Positions 51,971 through 60,019 of a stretch of DNA of 64,000 bases are shown here, in pieces. Every line of letters begins with the position of its first letter. Within the stretch, counting starts at the first letter, position 1. The position numbers were made by a program, and so were the translations under genes. The notes beneath the pieces are model-generated. The model saw only the letters and a program-made list of their open reading frames with translations. It ran no database searches and was not told the DNA's origin. Source of the stretch: a virus; IMG/VR virus record IMGVR_UViG_3300046328_000221, positions 30,046-94,045 of that record. One strand, written 5' to 3'.

Positions 51971-52687
51971 ATGGACTTAGTTTATATCTGTAGAGATGGC
52001 GAAAATGAGGAATTACGCTACTCAATTAGATCTGCTGTAAAGAACCTAAAGCATAAAAATATATGGATAGTTGGGGCTAAGCCAGACTGGTACACTGGTA
52101 ATTTTATTCCAGTAGCAGATGTTGGATCTAAGTTTACTAATCTTAAGAACTGTATGGACGTTATAGCAAGTTCACATAAAATTTCCAAAGAGTTCATCTT
52201 AATGAATGACGACTTTTTTATAATAAAACCGATCAAGAGGATTTCGACGGTATACGATGGGTACCTTATAGATAAATTAAATCAGTATAGAGAATTAACA
52301 CCAGTATCACAATACACAACATTGATGAATAATGCATATAAGTTTTTGGTTAGATATGGAATAGATAATCCAATTAATTATGATCTACATGTTCCTATGA
52401 AAATGAATAGAGACTTACTGTTAGCTATTCAGAAGTACCCTGGACTATCAAGAACAGTCTACGGAAATCTATACGGTATTGGTGGGAAGCAATTTAATGA
52501 TGTAAAAGTTTATACATCTACACTAAGCTTAATTAGTAGATCTTATGACTTTAAAGATAAAGATATTACATATATCTCTACTGAGGATGAGTCCTTTGAT
52601 GTTGTATATGAAAATGTTTTAAAAGATTTGTTTCCAGACCCATCAAAATATGAATCGAACCCCTACGCAGAGTCGAACTGCGGTTAG
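51971..52687 (+). CDS. Stealth-like sugar-phosphate transferase
   Basis: DLVY; EELRYSIRS; FILMNDDFF motifs. Confidence 0.7.
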   Translation: MDLVYICRDGENEELRYSIRSAVKNLKHKNIWIVGAKPDWYTGNFIPVADVGSKFTNLKNCMDVIASSHKISKEFILMNDDFFIIKPIKRISTVYDGYLIDKLNQYRELTPVSQYTTLMNNAYKFLVRYGIDNPINYDLHVPMKMNRDLLLAIQKYPGLSRTVYGNLYGIGGKQFNDVKVYTSTLSLISRSYDFKDKDITYISTEDESFDVVYENVLKDLFPDPSKYESNPYAESNCG

Positions 52688-52726
52688 AAGGGTAGAAACC
52701 TCCTACGTAAATCCGTTACTAGGGGC
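52658..52726 (-). tRNA. Atypical tRNA-Arg(TCT)
   Basis: GCCCCTA/TAGGGGT acceptor; mini D-arm; 7-bp anticodon stem; loop TTTCTAC; canonical T-arm. Confidence 0.7.
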
Positions 52727-52727
52727 A

Positions 52728-52804
52728 TGGTACTCCCAGTGAGACTTGAACTCACACTGAATTGATTTTAAGTCAACTTCCTCTGCCGATTGGGATATGG
52801 GAGC
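52728..52804 (-). tRNA. tRNA-Leu(TAA), short variable loop
   Basis: Cloverleaf; loop CTTAAAA; encoded CCA. Confidence 0.88.
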
Positions 52805-52805
52805 G

Positions 52806-52879
52806 TAGTGCGAGAGGGATTTGAACCCTCATAGGCCACCTTATAAGAGTGGTTCATTGACCTGTTATGATATCGCACC
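52806..52879 (-). tRNA. tRNA-Ile(TAT)
   Basis: Cloverleaf; loop CTTATAA. Confidence 0.85.
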
Positions 52880-52886
52880 AAACGAA

Positions 52887-53426
52887 TTAAGCTTCTATTA
52901 AAGCCTTAATTCCTCTATACAAGTCATCAACACGCAGATCGTTAGAAATACTATGGTCAAACTTATACTCATCTAATGCCACTTCAGATGGATGGTTATT
53001 AACTGGTCCATGGTTTTGTTTTGAGATACGCCATACTTTTCCACCATGCTTCTTAATAGCATTAGCTTCATTTCTATAGCGTGTATCAGCAAAGACTACA
53101 TTCTCGTGTTGGCTAGCTTTTAGTAATCCCTGGTTAACCCAGAAGTCTTCTCCAAACATATCTCTACCAACTTCTGTGCCCATACGCTGTAGAAGCTTTC
53201 TTGTATCTTCGCTATCTACCTTAACATCTTCCCAGCCAAGTCCATCTACGGCAGAAGCAAGGGATACCCCACGCATATCTGCAATATCAACTTTTGGGTT
53301 GAGGCGGTATAAAGCTTCACGAATTGGATCAGCAAAAGATACCTTTACAAAACCATAGTTATTAACTAAATAATTAGCTACAGTATCCTTACCAACTTGA
53401 GCATAGCCACTAAGACCAATAATCAT
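52887..53426 (-). CDS. Deoxynucleoside monophosphate kinase
   Basis: IIGLSG...VGKDT; R.LLQ..GTE.GR; D.RY.NE; H.SE. Confidence 0.88.
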   Translation of the reverse strand: MIIGLSGYAQVGKDTVANYLVNNYGFVKVSFADPIREALYRLNPKVDIADMRGVSLASAVDGLGWEDVKVDSEDTRKLLQRMGTEVGRDMFGEDFWVNQGLLKASQHENVVFADTRYRNEANAIKKHGGKVWRISKQNHGPVNNHPSEVALDEYKFDHSISNDLRVDDLYRGIKALIEA

Positions 53427-54118
53427 TAAATCTCCTTTATAGCTTCCATTGTACGTGGAAAGACTGTGTTTGTCAACTCTTCAACTGCCTTTGCATATTC
53501 CTGAATCTCTACCTGTGCATCATGCGGTAAACGCTGTTCAAGGAATGTCATAACAGATTGTAAAGAAGCTGTCCAACGCCAACGAACATACATTCCATAT
53601 GCTGGCAAGAATAGACGTGCAAGTTCTGGAGCAATTCCATCATCCATTGCATCATGGTATGCCTGTGTGCTTTCAGCAATAATCTTAATTAACTTATTAG
53701 TATAAACCATACCAAGTGAGTCACTTACTGGATCACCACTACCCTGCTTAGAATTCTCAGGAGCACTTCTCCACTCGTCATGCAGAGGAACATAGAATTG
53801 TTCATCTTCTGTAATATAACGACGTGAAGACTCATTCCAACCATTCTGATCATCAACGTGCGACGATGCAACCGCATACTTCCACCACTGACGTGCAACA
53901 AATAGAGGTGCATAGACCTCAAAAGTTAGAGCTGCGTGTCTGAATGGACTTGTGTGTCCTTCTCTAGCAAGGAACCTAACGAGCTTTGAATCTCTTTCAG
54001 CGAATTCATTAGATTCTTTATCATAACTAACCCTAGCAGCATTGACAACAGATAGATCGTCGCCAAGAGTGTCCACAAGTCGTACATATCCCTCATCTAA
54101 TACCTCAATCTTATTCAT
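53426..54118 (-). CDS. thyX: FAD-dependent thymidylate synthase
   Basis: AARVSY; H.SPF.H; WNE.SRRY; APELAR; AQ.EI. Confidence 0.92.
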   Translation of the reverse strand: MNKIEVLDEGYVRLVDTLGDDLSVVNAARVSYDKESNEFAERDSKLVRFLAREGHTSPFRHAALTFEVYAPLFVARQWWKYAVASSHVDDQNGWNESSRRYITEDEQFYVPLHDEWRSAPENSKQGSGDPVSDSLGMVYTNKLIKIIAESTQAYHDAMDDGIAPELARLFLPAYGMYVRWRWTASLQSVMTFLEQRLPHDAQVEIQEYAKAVEELTNTVFPRTMEAIKEI

Positions 54119-54282
54119 TTTAATTCCTCAACTATCTTAATTGCAAGGGCAAGGCCTTCTTCTGTAAAGGTCATAGTCCTAGTTGTGTTATGGTCTAATT
54201 GTTTTTGTAAAGCATTAAGAATTTTTGTTCGCTCATCTTTACGAATTTTTTCTTCTTTAAGAAGTGCATGGATACTAATCAT
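54115..54282 (-). CDS. Small protein, divergent ERIIKLL-family member (55 aa)
   Basis: RKDERTKILNAL...GLALAIKIVEELK; coupled to both neighbours. Confidence 0.55.
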   Translation of the reverse strand: MISIHALLKEEKIRKDERTKILNALQKQLDHNTTRTMTFTEEGLALAIKIVEELK

Positions 54283-54458
54283 TAGTACTCACCATTATCA
54301 TGCTTAATGCCATGCTTGTTATCAATATATTTATGTAGACTACGCTTTGCCTTAGCTTTTGAAACAACAAAGATTACTACAGCGAATACAGCATTCCAAA
54401 AGAATTCTGCAATAATATGATCAATGCCAAAAACTACGTCTAAAATATTCTCGTGCAT
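54282..54458 (-). CDS. Small membrane protein (58 aa)
   Basis: One TM helix; coupled stop/start. Confidence 0.55.
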   Translation of the reverse strand: MHENILDVVFGIDHIIAEFFWNAVFAVVIFVVSKAKAKRSLHKYIDNKHGIKHDNGEY

Positions 54459-54575
54459 TACTTATCTTTCTAGTTAATTTTGGTTTGGTAAAGAAATACC
54501 AGTTATTCAAAAACCAATGTTTGTATACTGATAATGGGTATTTTAATAGTTTAATTTGTTTGCGATGTTTTGTCA

Positions 54576-54863
54576 TTAGCCAAGAACTGCAAAGATGTCA
54601 CGGTATGCAAGAATAATATAGTCTTCTCCATCGTGAGTAATCTCTGTACCTTGATACTTAGAGAAGACAACCTTGTCTCCAACCTTTAGATCTGGGACAA
54701 CTAGGTCGCCATCATTGAGCCTGATTCCTGGACCAACAGCAACAACTATTGCTTCGTTTGGCTTTTCTTCCTGCATACCTGCAAGAACTAATCCAGAGGC
54801 AGAAGTCTTTTCAGCTTCTTTTTCTACTTTTACAATTACTTTATCTTCTAGTGGTTTAAGCAT
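54576..54863 (-). CDS. groES: Co-chaperonin GroES
   Basis: LKPLEDKVIV; VVAVGPG; KVGDKV.FSKY.GTE. Confidence 0.95.
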   Translation of the reverse strand: MLKPLEDKVIVKVEKEAEKTSASGLVLAGMQEEKPNEAIVVAVGPGIRLNDGDLVVPDLKVGDKVVFSKYQGTEITHDGEDYIILAYRDIFAVLG

Positions 54864-54931
54864 TTATCGCTTCCTTAATGTTTTTCATATGAATATTTTA
54901 TACCATTATAACCTGTTTGTCAAGTAATACT

Positions 54932-55011
54932 TGGTGGCATGTCAGGGAATCGAACCCTTCTAACCTATGGTACAGGATTTACAGTCCCGTGTCTGTCCCA
55001 GCAGCCATGCC
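54932..55011 (-). tRNA. Atypical tRNA-Tyr(GTA)
   Basis: Loop CTGTAAA; variable arm; CCA; reduced D-arm and 4-bp T-stem. Confidence 0.75.
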
Positions 55012-55012
55012 C

Positions 55013-55086
55013 TGGCACCCCCTCAAGGAGTCGAACCTTGGCCCTCAGTTTTGGAGACTGATGTGCTACCGTAACACTTAGGAGAT
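55013..55086 (-). tRNA. tRNA-Trp(CCA)
   Basis: Cloverleaf; loop CTCCAAA; encoded CCA. Confidence 0.9.
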
Positions 55087-55235
55087 ATCTGTATTATTGT
55101 ATCAGAGTTGCAATGATATCGCAATAGCAATTTAAGTTGGGTTTATCATACTTAATTATATTAAGTTGTTTATAAACACTCCAGTATATGTCGTGATATT
55201 TACCACATGGACATTTGTAGGCAAGCAAAATGTCT

Positions 55236-55754
55236 TTAGGCATTTGCTATATATGTTCCATTCACATAAATTTTGCTGATTGTTGTTAAGGTTTCAGGAG
55301 TACCTTGTACAAATAAGCCTTCTCTAATTGGAGAGTTAGCTCCGCCAGATTGCTTTAGATAGTGCAAATCTAAAGTAGTAGTAATCCCTGCGGTATCACA
55401 GTTAAGGATTGTGTGCCCAGTTCCATTATCAGGACTAATACTAGGATCAGGCCAACACCAGCCAGAAAAATGGTTATATCCAACAGCAGGAGTAAAAGGG
55501 AGGTCTAGCTTATATTGACCAGTACCAAAATTAGTTACGGTAGTAAGGTCAACCTCAATAACAAAACTAACTAATCTACCAGATTTAAGATAATAAGAAT
55601 TATAAGTTGGATATGTTCCATTTGCTCCAGTGAATGTCAAACCAGTAGCAGAAAATGTTGGAGAATATCTTGTCCAAGTTTCTAGTCCAGAAGTTCCGCT
55701 TGATCCTGTATCTCCTTTTGGACCCTGTGGCCCAGGATTAGTAAACCTAGCCAT
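55236..55754 (-). CDS. Fibre-like protein with short collagen segment
   Basis: GPQGPKGDTG; W..Y.PT; FGTG.Y...LP beta-sandwich head. Confidence 0.6.
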   Translation of the reverse strand: MARFTNPGPQGPKGDTGSSGTSGLETWTRYSPTFSATGLTFTGANGTYPTYNSYYLKSGRLVSFVIEVDLTTVTNFGTGQYKLDLPFTPAVGYNHFSGWCWPDPSISPDNGTGHTILNCDTAGITTTLDLHYLKQSGGANSPIREGLFVQGTPETLTTISKIYVNGTYIANA

Positions 55755-56032
55755 TATTTACCAGCCTCAAGGTTTAGTCTTAATACAGCAACATTGATTG
55801 CTTCAGATCCAACAATGTATAGGTCATTATTACCAGAAAGCTCTACAGAAAAAGCTTGTCCAGCAGAAAGACGGTAGCCATAGTTAGAACTGGTAACACC
55901 AACTCCACCAATATAAACATATCCAGTGGTACCAACATGCTGAATTGTAATGTCATAGCCAGCATCAAGGCCTGGAGTTATCTTTAGGGACCCTGTGCCA
56001 ATTGTAAATTTTTCGTGAATCGGAGCTGTCAT
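55754..56032 (-). CDS. Small beta-sandwich virion-type protein
   Basis: VYIGG.GVT..NYG..L.AG motif. Confidence 0.55.
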   Translation of the reverse strand: MTAPIHEKFTIGTGSLKITPGLDAGYDITIQHVGTTGYVYIGGVGVTSSNYGYRLSAGQAFSVELSGNNDLYIVGSEAINVAVLRLNLEAGK

Positions 56033-56054
56033 AATTTAGATTTCCTTCTAATTG

Positions 56055-56426
56055 TTAAAAGATGTTCCAGACATCCCAGTTTTTACCAATTGTAGCAGGA
56101 TCCATAGTCTTGATCCCATGCTCAGAATACGCACGACGCATAGTAGCGTTATTATCAATTGCTAATGACACAGACCCCTTTAGGCGTTGAGCAACTTGTG
56201 CTTTAAACTTAGCAGCATTGGCAGAAGAATATGGATTCATAATAAGTCTAGAATACTTTACTCCAGCTGCTCTTAGTGCTCTAATGGTTTCTGGTCTTTG
56301 AGATTGTGGTCTACCAGTGACAATTATTTTATCTCCAGGAAGGGAGTTAACGTAATCAATAGTACGCTTAATTGGTTGTGTACCGTTGCGAAGCAGGGTA
56401 TCATCAATATCTACAATAATTGCCAT
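56055..56426 (-). CDS. HAD phosphatase (PNK 3'-phosphatase-like)
   Basis: DIDDTL; VTGR; K; IDN motifs. Confidence 0.8.
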   Translation of the reverse strand: MAIIVDIDDTLLRNGTQPIKRTIDYVNSLPGDKIIVTGRPQSQRPETIRALRAAGVKYSRLIMNPYSSANAAKFKAQVAQRLKGSVSLAIDNNATMRRAYSEHGIKTMDPATIGKNWDVWNIF

Positions 56427-56463
56427 AGAGTAAGTATATCATGGATATGCTATACTAGAAGGT

Positions 56464-56652
56464 ATGAATTGTCCTATTTGTAATACTGCCATGGTAGAGA
56501 TCTGGTATGGTCTACCAACTTCAGCTAAGATTGAGAAAGCCAGGAATGACGAAATCGTTCTTGGTGGCACCAATCGTAAGCCATATACTCACTACTGCAA
56601 TGTCTGTCAGGAAACGTATCCTCAGACTAATGTGTCATTTTCTAATGAGTAG
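56464..56652 (+). CDS. Small Zn-ribbon protein
   Basis: CPIC...I.YGLP...LGG...YCNVC. Confidence 0.6.
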   Translation: MNCPICNTAMVEIWYGLPTSAKIEKARNDEIVLGGTNRKPYTHYCNVCQETYPQTNVSFSNE

Positions 56653-56741
56653 CGTGACAGCTACAAGAACATAAAACTACTGGATCTTTAATTGTTTTAA
56701 TACATTGCTCATGGTGTCCAGTAGTACACCAACCAAACAGA

Positions 56742-56927
56742 TTACTCATTTATAGATGAAGCATTAACCCTATTAATACCAGCAATGTATCCAGCTTTCC
56801 AAGCCTTCATTTCTTCAACTGTTGGGTTAGAAGCTAAAGCATCTAGCCAGATGCCCATATCTTTTTTAGCCTTAATAGCTACGTTATCAAGCATACGCTT
56901 AGTCTTACGCTTCTCATATCTATTCAT
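56742..56927 (-). CDS. Hypothetical protein
   Basis: ORF track; part of a minus-strand run of small genes. Confidence 0.5.
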   Translation of the reverse strand: MNRYEKRKTKRMLDNVAIKAKKDMGIWLDALASNPTVEEMKAWKAGYIAGINRVNASSINE

Positions 56928-57290
56928 CTATTGACTCTTCTTCCTGTTCAGGAACAGAGTTTTGCTCTGCATGTATGCCAGCCATTTTTGCCATGTCAGC
57001 CTCCCAGCTAGTTACAGTCGCAACGTAGTCACGAAACAGTTCTGTAAATTTTTCCATGTTCATAGTGTATCATTCCTCAGTAGTATTGTCAAGGTCTTGG
57101 ACAAATTTGTCTAACTCTGCACGGTACATAAACATCTTCAGAATCTCAGATCCAAGAACCTTATATTCTATACCATCATACTTAAGGGTATACTCTCTAT
57201 CTGGAAAGATGGGATAGTTAAACTTCATACCCAATTATATCATTAAGACTAATGCTTGACAAATGGTTCTGACCTCTGTATACTTGTTAT

Positions 57291-57461
57291 ATGATCTGTT
57301 GGTATTGTAATAAAGAGCTAGGGGATACTCCTAGTGTAACCTATTCTAAAAGAAAAGGCAACAAGACCCAACAGTTAACTGTTCATGGAAACTGCTATAG
57401 ATCCATGCGTAAACAAAAGATAGGGTATAAAGTAATTGCCCCAGGAAGTGTATCACAATGA
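57291..57461 (+). CDS. Small Cys-containing protein (56 aa, not in ORF track)
   Basis: Leaderless after TTGACA-17-TATACT; ATGA-coupled to the next gene. Confidence 0.55.
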   Translation: MICWYCNKELGDTPSVTYSKRKGNKTQQLTVHGNCYRSMRKQKIGYKVIAPGSVSQ

Positions 57462-57694
57462 AACTACCTAAGATATTTAGCTGGCGATTACGCCTTGTTC
57501 AGTCAGGTTACGATATGGGCTGGAACCATGGTTATGAAGCTGGGAAGATTGAAAGACAGAATGAAATTGTAGACCTATTGTCATACAAGATTGAGTCAGT
57601 TGACTGGCTACGAGAAGAGCCTATCAACATTAATGATGTTGTCCCATTAGTAAAGAATCACAAGATTAATCAAGAACCTATTGGATGGAAGTAA
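57458..57694 (+). CDS. Small protein, divergent ERIIKLL-family member
   Basis: GYEAGKIERQNEIVDLL...VVPLVK. Confidence 0.55.
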   Translation: MKLPKIFSWRLRLVQSGYDMGWNHGYEAGKIERQNEIVDLLSYKIESVDWLREEPININDVVPLVKNHKINQEPIGWK

Positions 57695-57945
57695 TGCAAC
57701 TACTACAGCGTAATAAACCTACCACTCTCGTATGTACAGCTAATACTGAATATGAGATGGAGTGGGATAGTGAAGAGCCACTATTTCTAATAGAGCACAA
57801 TGATAAGATAATCAAGGAGCTTGAGGGTCAGGGGTATCAAATGCATCCCTTAGTACCAGAAATCATAGTATGGAGCAAGTCCTTAGACTTTAAAACTACA
57901 TACGTAGCACGTAAAGAAGACTTTGACGAAATGGAGATGTTTTAA
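57694..57945 (+). CDS. Hypothetical protein
   Basis: TAATG coupling. Confidence 0.5.
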   Translation: MQLLQRNKPTTLVCTANTEYEMEWDSEEPLFLIEHNDKIIKELEGQGYQMHPLVPEIIVWSKSLDFKTTYVARKEDFDEMEMF

Positions 57946-58196
57946 TGTTTTATAGTTATAAACCTATTACCGTGGCAGAATTAATTGCCAAACTAAGTGA
58001 TCTGCCACAAGACGCTCACGTTGTTGTATCTAATGGTGATAGCGAATGGGGCGGAACACACCATAGCCATGTTTACGATATTGGTCTTGGTAGTCGTAAT
58101 GACAAGCCATTGGTATTTATTCACGATGGCCTGTGCAAAGATGACTGGTATGAAGAAGATAGCTGGGATGATGAAGGGGATGAAGATGAAGAATAA
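57945..58196 (+). CDS. Hypothetical protein
   Basis: TVAELIAKL..LP.DA.V motif; acidic tail. Confidence 0.55.
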   Translation: MFYSYKPITVAELIAKLSDLPQDAHVVVSNGDSEWGGTHHSHVYDIGLGSRNDKPLVFIHDGLCKDDWYEEDSWDDEGDEDEE

Positions 58197-58458
58197 TATT
58201 TCTATTAAGACAGTTAATGTTTCAGCATATGAACTTAGATATCCACCATATACAGACAACCTTGGCTTTCCTCCACTACAATTAGAATATATCTTAGTCG
58301 TAAATGGTGAAGAGATTCCAATCTCAAAGGATATGGCTTTTGGTATCGCTGGAGCACTTGACGAGTACAGGGAGCAGGTTCGTAATGAATTTGAAGAAAA
58401 GAGATTCCCCTATACTTTTCACAAAACTTTTGGGGCACACGAAGGAACAGACAAATGA
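58186..58458 (+). CDS. Hypothetical protein
   Basis: Probable start at 58186, overlapping the previous stop. Confidence 0.5.
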   Translation: MKNNISIKTVNVSAYELRYPPYTDNLGFPPLQLEYILVVNGEEIPISKDMAFGIAGALDEYREQVRNEFEEKRFPYTFHKTFGAHEGTDK

Positions 58459-58634
58459 AAACACAATTTGACATTGAAGACTATCTAGACTATCTAACTA
58501 ACCACCTACGCAAGACCCTTACCAAAGATTTCGGGGCAGATGGTGGACACATAGTAGATCTACTATCTAATACAACTACACAAATAGATGCTATCTTTTA
58601 CTGGATGGCTGATTATCCTGGGGAAGTTAAATGA
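58455..58634 (+). CDS. Hypothetical protein (59 aa, not in ORF track)
   Basis: ATGA-coupled on both sides. Confidence 0.55.
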   Translation: MKTQFDIEDYLDYLTNHLRKTLTKDFGADGGHIVDLLSNTTTQIDAIFYWMADYPGEVK

Positions 58635-58879
58635 GCGGATTTCAAAAAAGAGTAGCATTGCTTGAAAAGTGGGCACCAAGTCTATTGCCAAAGCTAAGGG
58701 ATATTGACGACATGGCTGAAATTATCCTAGACGTTTGGGATGAAGCAGAGGCACATACTGAGGAACGCATTATTAAGTTGCTAGACGAGTTTATTGAAAA
58801 CAGCGATTTACCAGAAGTTGTAGACCGTTTGGAATGGCTTAAAGGCAGTATCAAAGGAAAAACAAATGAGCCTGACTGA
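58631..58879 (+). CDS. ERIIKLL-family mini-protein
   Basis: HTEERIIKLL...SIKGKTNE. Confidence 0.7.
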   Translation: MSGFQKRVALLEKWAPSLLPKLRDIDDMAEIILDVWDEAEAHTEERIIKLLDEFIENSDLPEVVDRLEWLKGSIKGKTNEPD

Positions 58880-59045
58880 ATACAGGGTTGGCGATAAGGC
58901 TATTTGGAATGCTGGGCGTGAGTATGAACAGGAACGCATTATCAAGTTGCTAAAGCGACTATGGGAAAAGACTCAAGGAACAGATTTGCCAGCAGTAGTT
59001 GTTTTGCCTGAAGCAATCGAACTTATCAAGGGAGAAAACAAATGA
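58866..59045 (+). CDS. ERIIKLL-family mini-protein (59 aa, not in ORF track)
   Basis: GREYEQERIIKLL...AIELIKGENK. Confidence 0.75.
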   Translation: MSLTEYRVGDKAIWNAGREYEQERIIKLLKRLWEKTQGTDLPAVVVLPEAIELIKGENK

Positions 59046-59272
59046 GTGAAAAATGGAACATTGATTATGATAGCGGTTTTAACTCTGGTGCGGAGCATGA
59101 GCATAAAAAAATTATCAATATTTTAAAAGATAACTTTTCTTTTGCTATGGACTGCGAAACTCAAGAGTGCTTACAAAATGCGGCTAATTCAATTACTTGG
59201 AGCGAACGTTGGCAGTTATCTTTCAATCAACTTATCGAACTTATCAAGGGAGAAACTAATGAGCTTAGATAA
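59042..59272 (+). CDS. ERIIKLL-family mini-protein
   Basis: GAEHEHKKIINIL...LIELIKGETNE. Confidence 0.7.
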   Translation: MSEKWNIDYDSGFNSGAEHEHKKIINILKDNFSFAMDCETQECLQNAANSITWSERWQLSFNQLIELIKGETNELR

Positions 59273-59441
59273 TTTCCAAGAGGCTATGGATAGATTGACT
59301 GAAAAGGTTGAGATGCAGGATACTACGCTTAAAGTTCTCTCTGAGGCAGCAGATCGTATTGAGGATAAGCTCAATATTGTGGATATACCATATGGACAAC
59401 ATCCACCACAGAGGTTTCGGGATATCTCTAACGGAGAATAA
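59259..59441 (+). CDS. Hypothetical coiled-coil protein
   Basis: Starts at the shared AAGGGAGA RBS junction. Confidence 0.55.
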   Translation: MSLDNFQEAMDRLTEKVEMQDTTLKVLSEAADRIEDKLNIVDIPYGQHPPQRFRDISNGE

Positions 59442-59562
59442 GTTCGGCGTAAAATTCGGCGGTAAATAAGAGTTTCTACAAGCCACAGGCTTGACATTCT
59501 CTAGTATCCCTAGTATAATTAATAAACAAAGCCAATATTAAATACATTTAAGGAAAATACAC

Positions 59563-59805
59563 ATGGCAACTGAAGCACAACTAAAAGCAATTAATACTGA
59601 TTATGAAGTTGAATTTCAACACACAGTAAACATGATTCAAGAGAAGATCAATTTCTTGCTTGATCTATATAACAAAGACAATCTATCACCTTTTGATATG
59701 TATCGTAATCTATCAGCAGTAAAATGGCTTGATAGTGCATTAGAGGGTAATGTTGAGGTTATTCAGTTAACCCTAGAAAGAAAGAAACAAAAGGCTAACG
59801 CCTAA
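59563..59805 (+). CDS. Hypothetical protein
   Basis: TTGACA-17-TATAAT promoter at 59491-59519 and RBS. Confidence 0.6.
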   Translation: MATEAQLKAINTDYEVEFQHTVNMIQEKINFLLDLYNKDNLSPFDMYRNLSAVKWLDSALEGNVEVIQLTLERKKQKANA

Positions 59806-59896
59806 AACTTTCGGGGAATCAAGAGGAAGCTTCATAATCCCTAGTATAAGATATAAGAATTAACCCTAGTCATAATACACTTTGATTGGGGTTTTT

Positions 59897-60019
59897 TCAT
59901 AGGTCTTTGTCACAGGTTAGACAGAATGCTTTTCTATCAAAGCCATCTACTATATATGCTATAAAGTGATAACCCATAGCACATTTGATCTTATATTTGA
60001 TATAGCTGAATATCCACAT
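59897..60019 (-). CDS. Possible 40-aa Zn-binding peptide
   Basis: MWIFSYIKYKIKCAMGYH...FCLTCDKDL; leaderless after TATACT. Confidence 0.35.
   Translation of the reverse strand: MWIFSYIKYKIKCAMGYHFIAYIVDGFDRKAFCLTCDKDL

Noticed and set aside
52658-52726. Amber suppressor / genome-wide stop-codon recoding
   Set aside because: The best stem centres TCT, not CTA. TAG terminates several normal-length genes, and core genes are uninterrupted in code 11.
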